This document shows positions 15,340-22,684 of a stretch of DNA of 24,366 nucleotides, in pieces; within the stretch, counting starts at the first letter, position 1; each line of letters starts with the position of its first letter. Below the pieces are notes generated by a model. That model worked only from the letters and a program-made list of their open reading frames with translations, searched no databases and was not told the origin of the DNA. The DNA lies in IMG/VR virus record IMGVR_UViG_3300031965_000132, positions 1 to 24,366 of that record; one strand, written 5' to 3'. This DNA is from a virus (lineage: Duplodnaviria; Caudoviricetes). The translations under genes were made by a program, and so were the position numbers.

Positions 15340-17715
15340 TCAGCCCGGCCCAGGACTCGGGCTGTTCGGCCCCATCGGCATTTGCCCCGGTTCCGTTTCG
15401 AAAACCTCGCGGACGCCGGCCATGCGCGATGTCTGGGGATCCCGGTCGATGATCCATCGCCGCGGAGTGGCCCCTGGCGTCGTCCGTTTCTTGATTTCTC
15501 GATCCTCCGTTTTCATCGCGTGATCGGCATTTTTCATGCCGGTCGAATGCTGCAACTCCATCCACTTCATATGAAGCTCTTGATTGTCGAGGCCGAGCTT
15601 CGCGGTCTCGATCACGAATTTCATTTGTAGTTCCGCCATGCCGAGGCGTTCCCGCATCGCCATTTCCAAGGCGCTCGCCTGCGCGTCGGCATTGACCTTG
15701 ATTTGCTGGGTTTGCATGTCGGTCTGCGCCTTGACCTGTGCGGCAACGATTTGCGGATCTGGCGGCGGCGGTCCCTGCGGCGCCGCATTCTTCGGATTGG
15801 TGAAATATTTTTCGGCGTTCTTGTAGCCCATCGCGTGAACGAGGTCCGCCGAGGCGTTGAACAGGTTTTCTCCGGTGACAAAGGGGCCGTTGATCCCCTT
15901 CTGCGCAAGGATCGCATCCTTCTGGATCGTCAGGATTTGCGAAAGTTGCTGAACCATCTTGTCGCGGTTGCCGGTACCGAGACCCACGGCGACGGAAAGT
16001 TCCGGCTGCGATTTCCAATCGCGCGGATCGATAGGCGTCCATTCCCCGGTGATCTTAAGGATGCGCGGCGATTGCTGATTGCGGATGACAAGTCCCAAGT
16101 TGGCGCGGAATAGCTCGCGCACTCCCTCTGCGAAGATGCGCGCAATCAATTCGACGCGCTGAGCCGCGGCTTCTTGCAGCATCCCGACGCCCATCGATCC
16201 GATGGCGGCGTTCTTATTGAGGTCGTCGGGCGCGATGCCCTGGTTGCCCTTGGAAATGCCGGACCGCTTCTCCGATTGCTCGTCGAGGTACGAGAGCATT
16301 TGAAACGACTGGCCGGCGACGAATGGCGTGACGAAGGGCACCACCGCCTGCTCTTGCGGGCCGTTGCCGCGCACCAATCCGCCCGGCCGCGAGGTCAGAA
16401 GATCGTCGTAAGTGTTCTCCGTCACCGCGGCTTCGTTGACATAGTGGCGCGGGTTGTTGGTCAGATAGAGATTGTCGAGCGTCTGGCGCCACAGTGTCGT
16501 CTTGATAAGCTGGAGATCGTCTACGAGGTCGGCGAGCGACATGCCGACCAAGGTATGCGGCATGATGATCGGCGTGATCGAGTGCAGGGGGTATTCGTCG
16601 GCGAGCTCGTTGGCGAGAATGATGTATGCCTCGTCGCCGCCGCTGACCGTGACCTTGCGCAGCTTGGCGATGCCGTCGCCCTCCATGTCCACCTTGAGGT
16701 AGCACTCGGAAATCCAAACCTCCTCCATCGCCGGGTCAGTGCGCGAGGATCGGTACGGCGATTCGTCGTTCTTGGCGAAGCGCTGGACACGCTCGGTATT
16801 GAATTCCTGCTCGTCGTAGGGCGAGAGCGTCATCACCGTGTCGTAGTCGAATCCCATTTCGAGAAGTTCGGAGCGCGTGGCGCGGCGACGGTGCGCGATG
16901 AACGGAATGTTGCGCGGCGTGGCGCGGCGCGACAGTAACACTTCCTCCGGCGCGACGTTCTCGTTCCTGACACGACCGTGATTGAAGGTGCGACGGAAGG
17001 TCACGTCATAGAGCGTCGGCACCATCTGCGTCGGCGGACTCAACGGCTTCGGCGCCAGCGCGGAAAGTTCCTGTCCCGGCATCGGCTGCTCGCCCATGCG
17101 CGTTTGTTCGGCGTTGATGAGGCCCTGCACCGGGCCAAACGAGGGATACGCAACGCAATCGACTTCCTCAAGGTCGGGGTCCGCCTTGAGGGCTTGGTAC
17201 ATTTCCTCGGTGAGCCCCTTGAAGCATTCGTTCTCCGTCTTGCGCTCGGTGTCCCAGTACGCCTTAACCCATCCGAGCTTTTGCAGGAGCGCGTCCTTGA
17301 ACCACGAATAGAGGATCAGGAAGCCGGGGTTGTCCTTCATGAAAACGTGATTGAGATATTCCGTCTGCTGGCGCGCCACGCTTTCGTTGAAGGCGATTTC
17401 CATCGGGTTCATCGCGCTCGGCGCGTTCGGCTCGCACTCGACGATCTTGTCGGCCGACGCGAAAATCCGCATCAACGCCGGCATGATCCATTCGATAGTT
17501 TCCATGATGGTGCGGTCCACCACCTGGGACCGGCCTTCGACCTCGTTGCCGTACTTGTCGCCCTCGTACTGGCGAAGCGCATCTTCGCGCTCCTTCGACA
17601 ATTTCCCGCCGTCCACGCCGAGCGCGTTTTGCATCTCTTGGGCAATGATGACCTTCAAGCCCTGTTCGGTGACGGGCTCGCCTTTGATGAAGACGGAGGC
17701 TTCGGCCGTTGCCAT
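15340..17715 (-). CDS. Portal protein (P22/SU10-like, 791 aa)
   Basis: YEG..YGNEVEGRSQVVDR...ETIEWIMPALMRIF, FKDALLQKLGWVK, ENVAPEE, LDNLYLTNNPR, RVELIARIFAE, VGLGTG; Gln/Met-rich coiled-coil tail. Confidence 0.95.
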   Translation of the reverse strand: MATAEASVFIKGEPVTEQGLKVIIAQEMQNALGVDGGKLSKEREDALRQYEGDKYGNEVEGRSQVVDRTIMETIEWIMPALMRIFASADKIVECEPNAPSAMNPMEIAFNESVARQQTEYLNHVFMKDNPGFLILYSWFKDALLQKLGWVKAYWDTERKTENECFKGLTEEMYQALKADPDLEEVDCVAYPSFGPVQGLINAEQTRMGEQPMPGQELSALAPKPLSPPTQMVPTLYDVTFRRTFNHGRVRNENVAPEEVLLSRRATPRNIPFIAHRRRATRSELLEMGFDYDTVMTLSPYDEQEFNTERVQRFAKNDESPYRSSRTDPAMEEVWISECYLKVDMEGDGIAKLRKVTVSGGDEAYIILANELADEYPLHSITPIIMPHTLVGMSLADLVDDLQLIKTTLWRQTLDNLYLTNNPRHYVNEAAVTENTYDDLLTSRPGGLVRGNGPQEQAVVPFVTPFVAGQSFQMLSYLDEQSEKRSGISKGNQGIAPDDLNKNAAIGSMGVGMLQEAAAQRVELIARIFAEGVRELFRANLGLVIRNQQSPRILKITGEWTPIDPRDWKSQPELSVAVGLGTGNRDKMVQQLSQILTIQKDAILAQKGINGPFVTGENLFNASADLVHAMGYKNAEKYFTNPKNAAPQGPPPPDPQIVAAQVKAQTDMQTQQIKVNADAQASALEMAMRERLGMAELQMKFVIETAKLGLDNQELHMKWMELQHSTGMKNADHAMKTEDREIKKRTTPGATPRRWIIDRDPQTSRMAGVREVFETEPGQMPMGPNSPSPGPG

Positions 17716-17716
17716 T

Positions 17717-17878
17717 TCAGGTCACGCCATCCTTGCGCGGCCGGCCGCCGCGGTCGCGCGGCTGTTCGTGGGGCGGCGCGATGCGCATGGCGATGAACTC
17801 CTCGACCGTAGCGAGGCGTTTTTCCAAGTCCGCGACCTTCTCCTGCAATTCGATCATCGCGATATGGATATTCGCCAT
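17717..17878 (-). CDS. 53-aa coiled-coil protein with AT-hook-like GRPRK motif (not in ORF track)
   Basis: Manual translation MANIHIAMIELQEKVADLEKRLATVEEFIAMRIAPPHEQPRDRGGRPRKDGVT; TGATG overlap with the terminase stop; ends 1 nt before the portal ATG. Confidence 0.75.
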   Translation of the reverse strand: MANIHIAMIELQEKVADLEKRLATVEEFIAMRIAPPHEQPRDRGGRPRKDGVT

Positions 17879-19374
17879 CAAACCACTCCCATTTCGGGAT
17901 ACTTGAGCTTCACGGGCTTGCCCGCGCGGAACACGAAGGAAGCCTCGCCGCCGCCGACCATCATGTGCTGCGCCGCCTCGGCGATGGGCCAGTAGCGGTT
18001 CTTCGTCGGTTCGTCGTGATACCGCGGCTCTCCCGACGATTGAATTCTGGCGTAGCCGTAGCCCCCCGCCATCGCCTTCCGAGCAAGCGTGCAGCGCGGC
18101 GACACAAGTAGGGCAGGCTCGCCGCGAACAAGCCGATCCAGAACGCCCGCCACGGCCTCGCGGCGTAGCGTGGCGTCGGCTTGGCGCGTGGGGGAGACAG
18201 GAATTTTACGTCGGCGAAGGATTTGTAAGGCTTCATCGGTTTCGTCGCCGAACTTCTTGGGTTGCGGTCCGAAGATACGAAATTCCGTTCCGGCGGGAAA
18301 GTCCGCCTTCATCTTGGCCGCGAGCTCGTCGGCGAAATGCACGGCACCGCCTTCCTCGGGCATGATTTCGTCGAGCCATTGCCACTGTCCCGATGCGAGC
18401 TTCTGGCCGAACAGCGCGGCGCTTTCCAGTGCGATCCCGATGCCGATGTAAACCGGTCGCCCCGGCGTGAACGACAACTCCATTTTCGCGCCATGCACGG
18501 TATCGACATACTCGGGAAAGACGGACTTGCCCTCCTGGACAAAGCCGAATTGATTGCCGTAATATACCTTGATGTAGTCGGGCTTCTTGCCGGGGATACG
18601 GACCCGATAGTAGTCCGCCTCGTTCATGTTGACGACGTTTTCGGCGTCCGGGTTTTGAACCCACTTGCCGTTGACCTCGATGGCGCCGGGCGGCTGCACG
18701 AAGAAGTCCCATCCGGGCGGGGGATCCTTTTCGAACTTGTACCACCAGTGATCTTCGTCGGGCGGATTGGTATCGAGGAAAATGCCGCGCCAAGTACAGC
18801 CGCCATCTTTCTTTGCCGGGAAGCGCCCCACGCGGTCGGTCATCTTCTCGACGATCTCGTAGGGTATTTCTCGCGCCTCGTTGAACCACGCCCCGGTGAT
18901 GTCGAGCGACAATACCTTGCGCGAATCCTCCGGCTTGTCGAGTGCTCGGAACATCACCTCGCAGTCGATGTCGCCCTTTTGGATATGATGCTTCATCTCG
19001 CCTTGAGCCCGATTGAACTTGCCGAACAAGTCCTCCGGGAACCAATCGAGCCACGTCTTGATCGTGGTGTCCTTCAACTCGCCGTAGGTGTTGCGGACAA
19101 CGACGAACCGCGTGCGCCGAATGCCGTCCTCGCCCGGAACCTGTTCGCGCGCGCGCCGCATGATTTCTTGGCACGCCCCGGAGGATTTTCCGCTTTGCAC
19201 CGGACCGCGAATGCCGCGCACGAAAGCGGTGGAGGCAAGGAATCGAGCGATGGTCGGGGGCGCCGCGAAATTGCGGCCTTCGATGCGCGACAACACCTTG
19301 TCGTCGGGCACATCCTCAGTATCGTCCTCGAGAACGTTCTTCGGCGTGCCGCGTCGTTGAGCCGTCACGCGCAT
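17878..19374 (-). CDS. terL: Terminase large subunit (ATPase motifs intact, nuclease motifs degenerate)
   Basis: Walker A GPVQSGKS, VVRNTY.ELKDTTIKTW, Walker B AWFNEARE, coupling motif DTNPP; just upstream of portal; alternative start GTG 19368. Confidence 0.92.
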   Translation of the reverse strand: MRVTAQRRGTPKNVLEDDTEDVPDDKVLSRIEGRNFAAPPTIARFLASTAFVRGIRGPVQSGKSSGACQEIMRRAREQVPGEDGIRRTRFVVVRNTYGELKDTTIKTWLDWFPEDLFGKFNRAQGEMKHHIQKGDIDCEVMFRALDKPEDSRKVLSLDITGAWFNEAREIPYEIVEKMTDRVGRFPAKKDGGCTWRGIFLDTNPPDEDHWWYKFEKDPPPGWDFFVQPPGAIEVNGKWVQNPDAENVVNMNEADYYRVRIPGKKPDYIKVYYGNQFGFVQEGKSVFPEYVDTVHGAKMELSFTPGRPVYIGIGIALESAALFGQKLASGQWQWLDEIMPEEGGAVHFADELAAKMKADFPAGTEFRIFGPQPKKFGDETDEALQILRRRKIPVSPTRQADATLRREAVAGVLDRLVRGEPALLVSPRCTLARKAMAGGYGYARIQSSGEPRYHDEPTKNRYWPIAEAAQHMMVGGGEASFVFRAGKPVKLKYPEMGVV

Positions 19375-19521
19375 CGCGTCCAGTCCGCCGCGGAAACCCC
19401 GTCAAGCGAACGATGCTGCGGCCCAAGGTTGAGACAGAGCACCGTCGCGATAACTCTCATGTCTACCATCGAAGGTGTGGGAGTCCGCCCGTGGGTCCAT
19501 CTCATCTTGGGCCGCATTCCG

Positions 19522-20715
19522 TCAAATGAAGGCGAGGTGGGGTGGCGCCTTCGCGCCTTCCGGCGGCAGGTCCACCGTCCCCTTGTCGAACTTGTCGAGC
19601 CACGAGTTCGCCAGCGTTTGCAGGCAATTCGGGCCGCAGGATTTCTGCGCGTCGAATTCGTCCGAGCCGAGATAGCGCACCACCTCCCAATAGCGGTCGG
19701 AGGCGAAGATGTCCTTGAACCGCTCTCCGGGGATGACCCGGCCATCGTCGGTCTTGCGGTCGGCAATGTAGCCGATGTGGAACTTGGCGAACTTGCGGTT
19801 GAACAGGAAGCCGCACGGCGCGATCAGCCCGTTGCCGCTCATCTGCAGGATGAACGGAGGCCCGAAGCATTTCTGGTAGTCGCGCTTGCCTTCGTCGGCG
19901 AGACGCGCCCATTTCACCGCGACGCGGAATTCCGCATCGCCCATCTTCTCGACCGCATGGAAGGCGTCGTAGCACTTGTCGTACTGCCGATAATCGACGC
20001 CGAGGATGCCTTCCACCGTGTCGGCGGTGTGCTTGTAGATCAGGTAGTCGGGCCGCAGCTCGTCCCGGCACAGATTGGCGAGCGGCACGATCTGGTCATG
20101 GAAATCCGGCATCGTCACCATCTGCACGTTGATGGTGAGCGGCAGGCGGTCGCGGCGCTTGATCTCCATCGCGTCCTTGACGTTCTGGACGACCTGATGG
20201 AAATCGCGCTCCTTGAGCCCCATGATCTGCTTGTAGCGACCGACCTCGCCGGCCGAGAAGTTGAAACGCAGATAGGTCAAGTGCGGCAGGATGCGTTCCA
20301 AGACCGGCCGCTTGAGGCGCACGCCATTCGTGCCGATCCCCACCGCGAGGCCGCACTTGGCGGCATGTTCGATCGATTCCTCGTACCAGGGAACGACGGT
20401 GGACTCGCCGTCGGAAATCAGGCTGACCCCTTTGACGCCGATCTCCGCCGCGTCCTCGAGAAACCGGAACGCTTGATCCTTCGTGATCGTGCCGCCCTCG
20501 CTGGCCTGCGTCATGGCATAGCAGAACACACAGGCGGCGTTGCACTGGCGCGTCCAGGCGATGTCCATCGTGATCGGCGCGAATTTCTCGCCGCGCTTCC
20601 ACGCCTCGACGCGGTCGCGATGCCACATCACCTTCGTGCCATCGAGAACGTAATCGGCGAGCGACGGTTCGGTGCTGACCAAGTGATCGACGAAATCCGG
20701 CATCGCGGTAGTCAT
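19522..20715 (-). CDS. Radical SAM enzyme with SPASM/twitch-like C-terminal domain (397 aa)
   Basis: CxxxCxxC (CNAACVFC), SDGES (GGE-equivalent), TNG, C-x12-G-x4-C and distal CGPNC. Confidence 0.9.
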   Translation of the reverse strand: MTTAMPDFVDHLVSTEPSLADYVLDGTKVMWHRDRVEAWKRGEKFAPITMDIAWTRQCNAACVFCYAMTQASEGGTITKDQAFRFLEDAAEIGVKGVSLISDGESTVVPWYEESIEHAAKCGLAVGIGTNGVRLKRPVLERILPHLTYLRFNFSAGEVGRYKQIMGLKERDFHQVVQNVKDAMEIKRRDRLPLTINVQMVTMPDFHDQIVPLANLCRDELRPDYLIYKHTADTVEGILGVDYRQYDKCYDAFHAVEKMGDAEFRVAVKWARLADEGKRDYQKCFGPPFILQMSGNGLIAPCGFLFNRKFAKFHIGYIADRKTDDGRVIPGERFKDIFASDRYWEVVRYLGSDEFDAQKSCGPNCLQTLANSWLDKFDKGTVDLPPEGAKAPPHLAFI

Positions 20716-20906
20716 AGCGCGGCCCTTTCCTCGGTCGTCATCATCGCCCGCAGTTTCGAATCGTCGCCCATGCGCTCCATGAAAACCTCCGCCCGCACGC
20801 CGAGCATCCTACGCGCCAGGCGTTCCACTTCCAAGAGGAACGGCCCGCGGTCGATGACTTCGAAGCCCTTCGCGAAACTCAAGGTGATGTAGTGCCGCGT
20901 GTCCAT
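20712..20906 (-). CDS. Hypothetical protein (64 aa)
   Basis: TGATG and ATGA overlaps with both neighbours. Confidence 0.7.
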   Translation of the reverse strand: MDTRHYITLSFAKGFEVIDRGPFLLEVERLARRMLGVRAEVFMERMGDDSKLRAMMTTEERAAL

Positions 20907-21472
20907 CAGCTTTTCGCCCTCGCGTTCCGGTAGGCATCGGTGAACTCGACCAGCAGCGACGATGTAGGGCGCTCCAAGGCGGCGCGGTAGGCCGGCACGA
21001 CGGAATGCGCGTCGGGCAATGTCTCGACGTACACGGTGCGCAGCATCAGCCTGAACGCATCGGTGAAATCGTCGTCGTGCTGCGGTCCCGGATCAAACGG
21101 CGCCGACGATGGAACGGCCGTCCGGATGATGACCTTCGGCTTGTAGCCGCCATCGGAGTACAGCGGCAGGCGGTCCAAGTGGTTGACGATCTGGTTGGCG
21201 GCGCAGATCAGGAAATTCCAGCGCGGGAAAATGCACACCGGCAGGAAGCCCTTCAAGGCGAGACCGATGCAGGTTCCCATCTGCAAATCCTCGGCGACGG
21301 GAAATTCGATCTTCCGCGCGGTGGGAACGTCGGCGAAGGTCGAACTCATCGTCGTGCCCGGATTGCCGACGCCCTGGCCCAAGAATAGCGCGTCCTTGTT
21401 CGCCGCAAGGAGCGCCATCGCGCGCGACAGTTCGCCGTGATAGTCGAGGCCGATGTCCAATGCGGTCGCCAT
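20906..21472 (-). CDS. TPP-dependent enzyme beta-type subunit, pyrimidine-binding domain only (188 aa)
   Basis: ATG 21472 in TGATG overlap; FLGQGV, IEFPVAEDLQMG..IGLAL.G, NQIVNHLD, PGPQH; ends without a transketolase C-terminal domain. Confidence 0.88.
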   Translation of the reverse strand: MATALDIGLDYHGELSRAMALLAANKDALFLGQGVGNPGTTMSSTFADVPTARKIEFPVAEDLQMGTCIGLALKGFLPVCIFPRWNFLICAANQIVNHLDRLPLYSDGGYKPKVIIRTAVPSSAPFDPGPQHDDDFTDAFRLMLRTVYVETLPDAHSVVPAYRAALERPTSSLLVEFTDAYRNARAKS

Positions 21473-22125
21473 CAGAATGCAACCCACTTCCCGGTTCCGA
21501 CATGCGGCCACGCAAGCTTGTGGTGATACCTGACCTCCTTCAGGTGATACCTGACCTCCTTCATTTGCCCACGATACTCCATACCCCAGGATTCCGAGGT
21601 ATCGGTGCAAACCGACATCCCGTTGTCCTCGACAACCCAGGTGATCGGGAGGCCGTGCCCGTCGGCGTATTGCTTCGCCTCATGGGCGATCCCGGTGCGC
21701 GCCGTCATGTCGCCGAGGAAGCACCACACCCGTTCGTTGTCGCCGTTGATCTTGATCGCCGTCGCGATGCCGACCGCCATGGGTGCGATACCGCCGACGA
21801 TAGCCGACGACACGATCCGTTGATCGGGAAAGCACAGGGCGATGGAACGGCCTCGCAGGATCGCCGCTTTCAACTCCGCCGCCGGCACGCCCTTCAAAAG
21901 GCAATGGTAGTGCGAGCGCCAAGAGCACAGAACCCAATCCTGCGGTCGGATGTGGCCGAAGATCTCGATCAACGCATCCTCGTTCCCGCCGGCCAAGTGA
22001 ACCGGCGCCTTGATGTCGCCCATCTCGAAATGCGCGACGATGTCCCGCTCGAATGCGATCAGGTCTTCCTTGGTGAGAATCGGTCCACTTCCCAGCATGT
22101 CGTAGGTATCGGATCCCTCAAGCAT
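21472..22125 (-). CDS. TPP-dependent enzyme alpha-type subunit (short E1-alpha-like, 217 aa)
   Basis: APVHLAGGNE, WRSHYHCLLKG, SAIVGG, TPP-binding variant LGDM...VVEDN; alternative start 22098. Confidence 0.9.
   Translation of the reverse strand: MLEGSDTYDMLGSGPILTKEDLIAFERDIVAHFEMGDIKAPVHLAGGNEDALIEIFGHIRPQDWVLCSWRSHYHCLLKGVPAAELKAAILRGRSIALCFPDQRIVSSAIVGGIAPMAVGIATAIKINGDNERVWCFLGDMTARTGIAHEAKQYADGHGLPITWVVEDNGMSVCTDTSESWGMEYRGQMKEVRYHLKEVRYHHKLAWPHVGTGKWVAF
21522..21563. repeat. Perfect 21-bp tandem duplication (GGTGATACCTGACCTCCTTCA x2)
   Basis: Read directly; gives KEVRYHLKEVRYH in the alpha subunit. Confidence 0.95.
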
Positions 22126-22684
22126 GATCGATAGCCTCGTTCAACAACGAATGGATCAGCGCCAAGTGTGCGCACTCGACGATGCCGTAATCCGAGCTCG
22201 GCACATGGAAGTTCAAATCGCCCATCGTGCGCAGCGGGTTGTCGTGATCGAATCCGGAGAACGTCAAAACGGACGCCTGGCGCTGCTTCGCCGCGTCCGC
22301 CGCGTTGAGAATGTTTCTCGAGCGGCCCGACGATGAAATGGCGAACAGCACATCGTCCTTTTCGATGTGCAGGGAAATCGGGTGCGCGAAAACTTCGTCG
22401 TATCCGAGATCGTTTCCGAGGCACGTCAACGATGCCGCGTCGTTGAAGCACAGCGTTCGATATCCGCCGTTCTTCTGCCAGTCGTTCGCCATGTGCGAAG
22501 CGATGGCCGCCGATCCTCCATTGCCGATGAAAATCAGCCGCCCCTTTCCGTTCGATGCGAAGCTGGCGTGGTCCAACAAGCGGAAGGCGTCGGCGCGAGC
22601 GTCGTGCATGAGCCGGCACCGATTTTTATCGGTCGCGGAAACGCCGATCAGCGCATGAGACAGCGCGGAGAAAAACGCGGTCAT
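22118..22684 (-). CDS. gmhA: Phosphoheptose (sedoheptulose-7-phosphate) isomerase-type SIS protein (188 aa)
   Basis: ATG 22684 in ATGA overlap; FIGNGGSAAIASH, TCLGNDLGYDEVF, AISSSGRSRNI, FSGF, YGIVECAH. Confidence 0.88.
   Translation of the reverse strand: MTAFFSALSHALIGVSATDKNRCRLMHDARADAFRLLDHASFASNGKGRLIFIGNGGSAAIASHMANDWQKNGGYRTLCFNDAASLTCLGNDLGYDEVFAHPISLHIEKDDVLFAISSSGRSRNILNAADAAKQRQASVLTFSGFDHDNPLRTMGDLNFHVPSSDYGIVECAHLALIHSLLNEAIDHA

Noticed and set aside
19382-19489. AGTCCGCC repeated 100 bp apart upstream of terL
   Set aside because: An 8-bp match in GC-rich DNA is compatible with chance.
18262-20892. 876-aa plus-strand ORF and other long antisense ORFs (3205-4380, 6725-7951, 10738-12036)
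   Set aside because: Shadow frames of well-supported minus-strand genes in GC3-rich DNA; no recognisable motifs.
21522-21563. Possible CRISPR repeat or att site
   Set aside because: Only two abutting copies with no spacer, inside a coding frame.
20906-22125. Pyruvate dehydrogenase (pdhA/pdhB) as an energy-metabolism auxiliary gene
   Set aside because: Subunits are short, no E2/E3 in the window, and the context is sugar biosynthesis.
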